Assembly (NCBI RefSeq): GCF_000092105.1
Contig: NC_014148.1
Coordinates: forward strand, 5,391,076 to 5,423,075
Direction of reading: 5' to 3'
DNA from: Planctopirus limnophila DSM 3776
GTDB taxonomy: Bacteria; Planctomycetota; Planctomycetia; Planctomycetales; Planctomycetaceae
Length of the DNA stretch: 32,000 nucleotides
The translations under genes were made by a program, and so were the position numbers. The notes beneath the pieces are model-generated. The model saw only the letters and a program-made list of their open reading frames with translations, did not search any database and was not told where the DNA came from. Below are positions 25,354-32,000 of this stretch, piece by piece (position 1 is the stretch's first letter; every line of letters starts with the position of its first letter).

Positions 25354-27261
25354 TCAAATTTCGTCAGAATTGTGCTGGGGTCGATAGGTGCGTACCACCA
25401 CGGTATCAGCGAGCAGGTCGCCGACTCTTTGCCATTTGTACTGCAGGCCAATCAGCATGACTCCCACGACGTAGTTGAAAAAACCATCGATGAGAATGGC
25501 CGCATTTCGCAAGATCGAGCGAAAGAATCCACAAGGCCTGAGTGTCGTTCTCAAGGTCTCGATCCGGCACAGAAACTTTCCGGGAGTCGTCCCCCACGTC
25601 CCTTCGACCCAGCAGTACATCAGAAACACAATCAGGAAATAGCTGAAGTAGCCCAGACCCACCACTAAGGCCCAGATGGCCCATTGAGTCAACTCTTTCT
25701 CAACCATGTTCCCATTCTGGAAAGTCCCGATCACTGCCGACCAGTCCATCTGATAAATGTAGTAACCGGCCAGTGCATAAGGCGGGATGGAGAAGATCAT
25801 AAAGTCGAAGGTGCGGGCAATTCCTCGGCGAAGAATCGAAGCCATTTCCACTGTCTGGTCCGAAAGCTCCAACTGATTTGTACGGAACATGGCCATGAGA
25901 ATGGTGGGCACCAGGCCAATGAAAATCAGCACAGAGAAGCCAAAGATCATGTTCCACTGAATAATGCCCAGGTAATAGGCCACTGCCGGCTGTGCGGCCC
26001 AGCCGGCCAGCTTGATCGGTTTCTGCAATTCTCCATTGATCAGCGGATGCATCCGCAGCCCGTGGGCCACATCATTTGTAATGAAGACGATCGTGTCATC
26101 GCTGGCGCCCGGTACTGCAAAGACTTCACCATCGGCATTCACTTCCAGATCCGCACGGGTGACCAGCCTCGGCTCGGCAGACCAACCCTCAGCAGTCCGT
26201 TCGTAGACCGAATAGAACTGGCCATTCACATCCCGCATCACCAGCCGCGTGACATTGGACGACGGCAGAATCGTGAGTGGTAGCAAATCGGCTGGAAAAT
26301 CAAGTGTCTCCCAGTCGGCAGGGTCATTTGTGGCAGGCTGTGGTTTCGGCGCCAGATCATCCACCGGTTCGTTTGGTCTGAGAAACTCATCAGCCTCCAT
26401 CGAGCGATAAACCGTTTTCCCACCCTCAGTCACAATCAGGTACACTTTGGTTCCCAGTGAGGCAGTCTTCACGTGGAGGTTGTTCGTAGAGACCACCAGA
26501 TCCTCCCCAGGCGGGGCGACGATTACGGGTTCTTCTCCATTACCTGTCGATGGCTCATTAGCAGGAGTCATGAACTCCGGTAGATTCAGGCCGATGCCAC
26601 GACTGTCGAGCCCACCGTCGATGCGCCGTAATCCCAACAGCAGAGTCGGTTTTCCTTCGAGCAATAAAATCGAGGTCGAACTTCTGCAGACTGGTCTGCC
26701 GCGAATCAGGATCGCATCCGACTGCACTTCTCCCGGGCCGCTGGCGGCCATGTCAAACTGCGTTTCACGCTCGACCGAGATACCGCCCTGAATTTTCTCC
26801 GCGCGATACAGTGCATCAATAGTGATAAGGTACACCTGCTGGTCGTTCGCGAGCACCGCCAGAGCGGCACTATCGGCAAGTGGCCTCGCAATCTCTCCAT
26901 TGGCTTCCATGGGGAGTTTGACGCCTGAACCATCTTTGAGCGAAAAAGCGACGAGTGAGCCACGAACACCCACGCCACCCACACCACCGACATACTGGTC
27001 TTCCGTCCCCACAACCAGAAAATCTCCCCACCGGGCAGAAAGTTCGGGCTTGAAGCTACGGACAATCGTAAAACCCTTCTCGAATTGCCGCTGCATGCGG
27101 AACTGCTCAAAGAACTGAATCGCGAACGGCCCAGCGACCGTCACGATGGCAAACGCAATCATGAGACCAATGTAGACCTTACGGCCCTGTTCAGATCGAT
27201 AGCCCAGAGGTGGTGGATCGGAATAAGGAACAGTCTCTGGCAAAATCTGTGAACTGGACAT
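25354..27261 (-). CDS. RDD family membrane protein with large N-terminal extracytoplasmic domain
   Basis: GGAGAG ribosome-binding site. An N-terminal TM helix (VYIGLMIAFAIVTVAGPFAIQFF) is followed by about 370 aa of beta-rich sequence and further TM helices. The C-terminal RDD-like region is ILRRGIARTFDFMIF...WGTTPGKFLCRIETL......RNAAILIDGFFNYVVGVMLI...QRVGDLLADTVVV. Confidence 0.85.
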   Translation of the reverse strand: MSSSQILPETVPYSDPPPLGYRSEQGRKVYIGLMIAFAIVTVAGPFAIQFFEQFRMQRQFEKGFTIVRSFKPELSARWGDFLVVGTEDQYVGGVGGVGVRGSLVAFSLKDGSGVKLPMEANGEIARPLADSAALAVLANDQQVYLITIDALYRAEKIQGGISVERETQFDMAASGPGEVQSDAILIRGRPVCRSSTSILLLEGKPTLLLGLRRIDGGLDSRGIGLNLPEFMTPANEPSTGNGEEPVIVAPPGEDLVVSTNNLHVKTASLGTKVYLIVTEGGKTVYRSMEADEFLRPNEPVDDLAPKPQPATNDPADWETLDFPADLLPLTILPSSNVTRLVMRDVNGQFYSVYERTAEGWSAEPRLVTRADLEVNADGEVFAVPGASDDTIVFITNDVAHGLRMHPLINGELQKPIKLAGWAAQPAVAYYLGIIQWNMIFGFSVLIFIGLVPTILMAMFRTNQLELSDQTVEMASILRRGIARTFDFMIFSIPPYALAGYYIYQMDWSAVIGTFQNGNMVEKELTQWAIWALVVGLGYFSYFLIVFLMYCWVEGTWGTTPGKFLCRIETLRTTLRPCGFFRSILRNAAILIDGFFNYVVGVMLIGLQYKWQRVGDLLADTVVVRTYRPQHNSDEI

Positions 27262-27485
27262 ATTCCCGGCTCTCCAAGTCTCAAAATTTGAGGGACTGGC
27301 AGAATTGTGAAATCAAGAACTGTTCGCGCAATTCCACTGGAAGAATGCAATGCACAAAGGTTGGCTTCAAGAGGTGGCGCTATAATCTTTTGTTTTGAGC
27401 TGCATACGGGCTCGTTAGCCATCGTGAGCAAACCGCGAGAAGTCGAAAATCAGCGGGTGGTCTGTAATCCACCCCATCCCCGAGG

Positions 27486-29330
27486 ATGACTGAAAACACT
27501 ATGGGATATGCGAGTTTACAGGCCTGTGTGCGTGATCTCGAACAACACAATATGCTGCGGCGTATTGATGCCGAGATCGATCCCTGCCTGGAAATGGCCG
27601 AGATCCAGCGGCGGGTTTATCTGGCCAAGGGCCCGGCTCTTCTCTTTACCAGACCTAAGGGGTGCCGCTTTCCGATGGTTTCCAACCTGTTTGGAACGAT
27701 TGAACGCACACGATTTCTTTTTCGTCACGAACTCGAAGCGGTTCGTCATCTGGTCGAACTCAAGATCGATCCGCAGCAACTGGCGAAAAAGCCGTGGCGA
27801 TACTGGGATGTGCCACTCACTCTCTGGAAAATGTGGGTGCGGCGGGTGCGTTCGGGCCCTGTTACCGCCTGCGAAACGACGATCAGTCAGTTGCCACAAC
27901 TGAAGAGCTGGCCCAACGACGGTGGCGGCTTTATCACTTTGCCACAGGTTTACAGCGAAGATCCCTTCGCACCAGGCTTTGGCAAGTCGAATCTCGGGAT
28001 GTACCGAGTTCAGTTAACGGGAAACGATTATCTGCCCGATCGTGAAATCGGTCTGCATTATCAGATCCACCGCAGTATTGGTGTCCATCATGCCCATGCG
28101 GCCCAGCGTGGTGAACGACTCAAGGTCAACATTTTTGTCGGCGGCCCACCGGCGATGACCTTAGCCGCCGTCATGCCCTTGCCTGAGGGACTTTCGGAAC
28201 TTCTTTTTGGGGCCGCACTGGGTGGCAGGCCGATTCGCATGGTTTCGCGCCGGGGAGAACTTCCGTTCTGGGCCGATGCCGATTTTGTCATCACCGGATC
28301 GATTGATCCCCATGAAACCAAGATCGAAGGCCCGTTTGGCGATCACCTAGGGTACTACAGCTTGCCGCATCCCTTCCCGGTGATGCAGGTCGATAAGGTG
28401 TACCACCGCAAAGACGCCATCTGGCCATTAACGGTCGTTGGTCGGCCACCTCAGGAAGACACCTCCTTCGGCGAGATCATTCATGAGATTACCGGCCCGA
28501 TCATTCCCACAGTCATCCCCGGTGTGAAGGCCGTGCATGCCGTCGATGCGGCTGGTGTGCATCCTCTGCTTCTGGCAATTGGCAGTGAGCGCTATACGCC
28601 TTATGCGAAGCGAAATCGTCCCCAGGAACTCCTCACACAGGCCAATGCAATCCTTGGACAGGGACAACTCTCACTGGCCAAGTATCTGCTGATTGTGGCT
28701 CATGAAGATGAACCATCGCTCGACATCCACGACATCGAGGCCTATTTCGCTCATCTCTTGCGCCGGATTGACTGGTCGCGTGATCTGCACTTTCAAACCA
28801 AAACAACCATCGACACACTCGATTACTCAGGGAGTGGTTTCAACGAAGGCTCAAAAGTGGTGATGGCAGCCACCGGGCCCGTTCGTCGGGAGCTACCTAC
28901 TAACATCACGGAAGAGTTTCATTTGCCAGATGGATTTCGAAATCCCAAACTCTGCATGCCGGGTGTGCTGGCGATTGAAGCTCCGGCCTTTCAGCCAGAA
29001 AACGCGGATCTGCGCAGGTTCTGCGATGCGTTTCCAGTCAATTCGCCGATCAACAGCTTCCCGTTGATAATGCTGGTCGATGATGCCGATTTCTCGGCTC
29101 GCACACTCAACAACTGGTTATGGGTGACATTCACCCGATCGAACCCTGCCATTGATATCGATGGCATTGGTGCGTTTACAGAAGCCAAGCATTTTGGCTG
29201 CACAGGGAGCCTTGTGATCGATGCACGAATCAAGCCTCAGCATGCTCCACCTTTGATCGAAGATCCTCAAGTTTCTGCCCGAATCGATCAATTGGCAATT
29301 CGAGGTGGGCCATTGGCAGGATTATGGTAG
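27486..29330 (+). CDS. UbiD family decarboxylase, long (~610 aa) form as found in futalosine-pathway menaquinone producers
   Basis: UbiD-like N-terminus (L..C...L......L.RI..EIDP.LEMAEIQRRVY...GPALLF..PKG..FPMVSNLFGT.ER) and a central FGDHLGYYS. The 614-aa length matches the long UbiD homologs I recall from Helicobacter and Campylobacter. The start is ATG 27486 or ATG 27501. Confidence 0.88.
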   Translation: MTENTMGYASLQACVRDLEQHNMLRRIDAEIDPCLEMAEIQRRVYLAKGPALLFTRPKGCRFPMVSNLFGTIERTRFLFRHELEAVRHLVELKIDPQQLAKKPWRYWDVPLTLWKMWVRRVRSGPVTACETTISQLPQLKSWPNDGGGFITLPQVYSEDPFAPGFGKSNLGMYRVQLTGNDYLPDREIGLHYQIHRSIGVHHAHAAQRGERLKVNIFVGGPPAMTLAAVMPLPEGLSELLFGAALGGRPIRMVSRRGELPFWADADFVITGSIDPHETKIEGPFGDHLGYYSLPHPFPVMQVDKVYHRKDAIWPLTVVGRPPQEDTSFGEIIHEITGPIIPTVIPGVKAVHAVDAAGVHPLLLAIGSERYTPYAKRNRPQELLTQANAILGQGQLSLAKYLLIVAHEDEPSLDIHDIEAYFAHLLRRIDWSRDLHFQTKTTIDTLDYSGSGFNEGSKVVMAATGPVRRELPTNITEEFHLPDGFRNPKLCMPGVLAIEAPAFQPENADLRRFCDAFPVNSPINSFPLIMLVDDADFSARTLNNWLWVTFTRSNPAIDIDGIGAFTEAKHFGCTGSLVIDARIKPQHAPPLIEDPQVSARIDQLAIRGGPLAGLW

Positions 29331-29403
29331 ATTCAAAGGGGCGTCCGGTGACCAAGGCTCCCTGCATCGTGACGACTGTGACAGGTCGTTATGGTGGTGA
29401 CTT

Positions 29404-31020
29404 ATGTCCTGCCCTTACAAATTTTGCCCGCCTGTTCGAACCACCCGTATCTTCTTGACGATGGTGATTCTCGGAATCTGTCCTTCCCCTGGCGACTGGC
29501 CCTTATCCTGCTTCGACCTAACACAACGCAGAGAATCTGTTAGAACATTGGCCTGGGCCCATCATCTGCAAGCTGAAAGAGAGCAGCCTGCAAGACAGCC
29601 AGCCAATGATGCCGCGAGCGATGCCCGCCAGCGTGTCGATCTGGCCTTACAGACACTCGACTATACACAGCCCCCTGCGCCGGAGTTGCTGGCTGATCTC
29701 AAACGACTGGTCGTGAGCCATGACGTGGATAATCTGGTTCGCCGCAGAGCTGCGATCGCTCTGGCCAGGTTAGGATCGCGAGCACCTTCGGGAGTGGCTG
29801 CATTAAAGCAAGTGCTGACAGAAGTGAAATCGGGTAAAGAACCTGCGAGCACACTTCTGTGGGTGTTACCTGCACTGGGCCGGTATGGTTCGCTGGCACA
29901 TGAGACCGCCGCCGACTTGGCGTTCATTGCGTTCGACAGCCATTACCCGGAAGAAATTCAGCTCAGTGCCATTGCGGCACTCGTCGAGATGGGAGCCACT
30001 CGCGAGGGCTTGGCTGTGATCGAGAAGCTGTTGACCAATCGTCACTTGCCGCTTGAATTGAGAACAGCCGGAATGCAGGGGGTCATTGCCTATCGGCAGG
30101 AAGCGTCGATACTTTTGCCGCAGGTTCTCCGCTGGCTCGATGACGAAAACTTCGCTTTGAGAGCCATGGCGGCGGAGGCGATTGGCGGTTTTGGTGAGCG
30201 GGCGATGGTGGCCGAAGAACGGCTTGCCGCCATGTTTCTGGATGATCCTGCTCCACTCGCGCGGGAGAGCGCTGCACAGGCGATTCTTGCGATTTCTCCG
30301 CAGCCTCCCCCATGGATCATCAACATTTATGATGAGACCATGACAGAGATTGCCAAAGTGGAAGCCGCCATGTCGTCGGGGTCGTTGGCTTCGAAAGCAG
30401 GACAACTTTCCGACGATCTCCAGGCCGAATTGGCTTTGAAGCTCGCTGCCTTACGACTGCGGCAACTCGAGATTCTGCAATTGATGGGGAGCAGCAGAGA
30501 CTGGCAACCGATGGCGACGAATTCAGCGAGGCCCCAGGGTGCGGCAGATCTGACTCAGTGGAAACTCTGGCGAGCACGTTTTGAAGCTGCCCTGAAAAGT
30601 GATTCGCTAAAAGTGAGCCTGCTGGCATTAGAGATCCTGCTGCGATCAAACACCTTGAAAGGTGTCGAATGGCAGCCAGTGATTCAGCGTGGATTGTTCA
30701 GTACAAGCCCGGAAGAACGGCGGGCGACAGTCAGGCTCTTTCAGAAGTATCCCTGGGATGCTCAGTGCCAGATCTGGCTGGAGGGTTTACTGAAAGACCT
30801 GCAAGGCCAGGCCCTGCAGATCGAAGACCAAGCCCCTTCTGTAAATTCACAAGCTCCCGCAGAGCAGCGGCTGGAGACCTTGCAACGGATCGATGGCCTG
30901 ACGGATCGTCAGGTGGTTCAGCAGGCCGCGACCCGCCAGCAGCGATTGCTTTCTCAGCAAATGGCGGCTGTGCGAGCCGCCATTCGAGCTGTTGAAACCA
31001 GGAAGGTTCCCGCACCATGA
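29404..31020 (+). CDS. HEAT-repeat domain protein (hypothetical) with N-terminal hydrophobic segment
   Basis: HEAT-like repeats DNLVRRRAAIALARLG, EEIQLSAIAALVEMG, ELRTAGMQGVI, ENFALRAMAAEAIGGFG and APLARESAAQAILAI. The C-terminus is helical and Gln/Ala-rich. Its stop overlaps the next start (ATGA at 31017-31020). Confidence 0.75.
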   Translation: MSCPYKFCPPVRTTRIFLTMVILGICPSPGDWPLSCFDLTQRRESVRTLAWAHHLQAEREQPARQPANDAASDARQRVDLALQTLDYTQPPAPELLADLKRLVVSHDVDNLVRRRAAIALARLGSRAPSGVAALKQVLTEVKSGKEPASTLLWVLPALGRYGSLAHETAADLAFIAFDSHYPEEIQLSAIAALVEMGATREGLAVIEKLLTNRHLPLELRTAGMQGVIAYRQEASILLPQVLRWLDDENFALRAMAAEAIGGFGERAMVAEERLAAMFLDDPAPLARESAAQAILAISPQPPPWIINIYDETMTEIAKVEAAMSSGSLASKAGQLSDDLQAELALKLAALRLRQLEILQLMGSSRDWQPMATNSARPQGAADLTQWKLWRARFEAALKSDSLKVSLLALEILLRSNTLKGVEWQPVIQRGLFSTSPEERRATVRLFQKYPWDAQCQIWLEGLLKDLQGQALQIEDQAPSVNSQAPAEQRLETLQRIDGLTDRQVVQQAATRQQRLLSQQMAAVRAAIRAVETRKVPAP

Positions 31021-31985
31021 AGGTGGTTGTGGCCAGCACTTCATCCAGTCAGGCTGCCGGAGCGAGACTCCTGTTTCCTTTGGAGAAGGACATACAGGCA
31101 GAGGCCCTGGCGGCAGGTGCCGAAGCTCACTGGCTGCTGGCGTTGTCAACAGAAGATGATGCCAGCGTGATAGGGGCTGCCCTGGCCCTGCCAGGAAAAG
31201 ACGGGGTGATCATGGTCTGGCCTCCTCGAGTTCAAGAGGGTGTTTCTGAACGGGTGGCCCAAGAGGTGGAAGATCGACTGCTGGAGCAATTGCGAAATCA
31301 ACTATCGCATATCCAACGAGGATCAGTTGATCTCCCGATGGCATACGCCCAGTCATTGGCCGACCCAGAGGAATTGAATCGATGGCTGCTGTTGACTCGC
31401 ATTGGATTTGAGCAGGTCGGAAACATTCTCTTTTATGGAAAAGACCTGCAGACGTACTGGAACGAAAAATCGCCAGAATTGGCAGAGCCAGCTCGCGTGC
31501 ATGAACTTTTGGAAGGCAATGAAAACTGGCGAACGTTATCGCTCAGTGACATGCAAGCCCCAGAGGACGTCGCCCTGATTCTCGATTCAACCTTACAGGG
31601 AAGTCTCGATCTCCCTTGCCTCGACGGCTTCCGCAGTGGTGCACAAATGCTGTTGGGGCACCTCCAATCGCCTCGATTCTGCAATGAGTTGACGCGTGTC
31701 GCATTTGTGAAGAATCGACCAGTGGCTGTGGGAATGCTGAGTGAAGATGCAGAAAGAGCGACAGTGGAGTTGTCGTACCTCGGCGTTGTTTTTGGGCAAC
31801 GGGGCCAAAAATTTGGGCAGCGACTGTTGAGAGAATTGGAACTGCGGGCACTGGCGAGGCGACAGCGCTGGGCCATGCTGGCCGTAGATGCCACAAACCA
31901 TTTTGCAATAAAACTTTACGAGAACTGTGGCTATGTGCCGCTCTTCTCGCGAGAGGTTTTCATCAGCTTTCCAAACACTCTCTGA
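31017..31985 (+). CDS. GNAT family N-acetyltransferase (two-lobed; canonical GNAT core in the C-terminal third)
   Basis: VELSYLGVVFGQRGQKFGQRLLRELELRA... (motif A Q/RxxGxG/A) and NHFAIKLYENCGYVP. The N-terminal ~200 aa may be a degenerate second GNAT lobe. The start is translationally coupled to the upstream HEAT gene. Confidence 0.8.
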   Translation: MKVVVASTSSSQAAGARLLFPLEKDIQAEALAAGAEAHWLLALSTEDDASVIGAALALPGKDGVIMVWPPRVQEGVSERVAQEVEDRLLEQLRNQLSHIQRGSVDLPMAYAQSLADPEELNRWLLLTRIGFEQVGNILFYGKDLQTYWNEKSPELAEPARVHELLEGNENWRTLSLSDMQAPEDVALILDSTLQGSLDLPCLDGFRSGAQMLLGHLQSPRFCNELTRVAFVKNRPVAVGMLSEDAERATVELSYLGVVFGQRGQKFGQRLLRELELRALARRQRWAMLAVDATNHFAIKLYENCGYVPLFSREVFISFPNTL

Positions 31986-32000
31986 GAAAGAAATTGACAG

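Overview
This window looks like an ordinary chromosomal segment from a member of the Planctomycetota. GC is roughly mid-50s % by eye and was not computed. The phylum call rests on gene content. There are three paralogous prepilin-leader/DUF1559 (H-X9-DG) genes and two small CarboxypepD_reg-like lipoproteins. There is also an abutting DUF1800-DUF1501 pair, a PQQ-like beta-propeller, HEAT-repeat proteins and an RDD membrane protein. I support about 26 protein genes. Recognisable enzymes are two GNATs, an M20 metallohydrolase, a secreted alpha/beta esterase, pterin-4a-carbinolamine dehydratase, a long UbiD-type decarboxylase and a double gamma-glutamylcyclotransferase. There is one tRNA(CAT) and several intrinsic-terminator hairpins. 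I see no transposase, integrase, phage gene, CRISPR array, restriction enzyme or known defence gene, so I cannot claim a clear new 'system'. The least explained signals are non-coding. (1) Three tandem 95-bp units, each with a conserved nested hairpin, lie directly after the third DUF1559 gene (23326-23590), followed by two more stem-loops. (2) A small family of palindromes headed by TGGCTGGGGT has two copies at 8404-8479 and one at 16961-16995. (3) Two hairpins sit inside the DUF1559-lipoprotein spacer. Gene-level oddities are the DUF1559/lipoprotein/DUF1501/DUF1800 neighbourhood, a membrane-anchored STAS protein, an RDD fusion and a translationally coupled HEAT-GNAT pair. All protein family calls come from motif recognition by eye, with no database search. 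Start codons are judged from Shine-Dalgarno-like motifs and are uncertain by a few codons in several genes.
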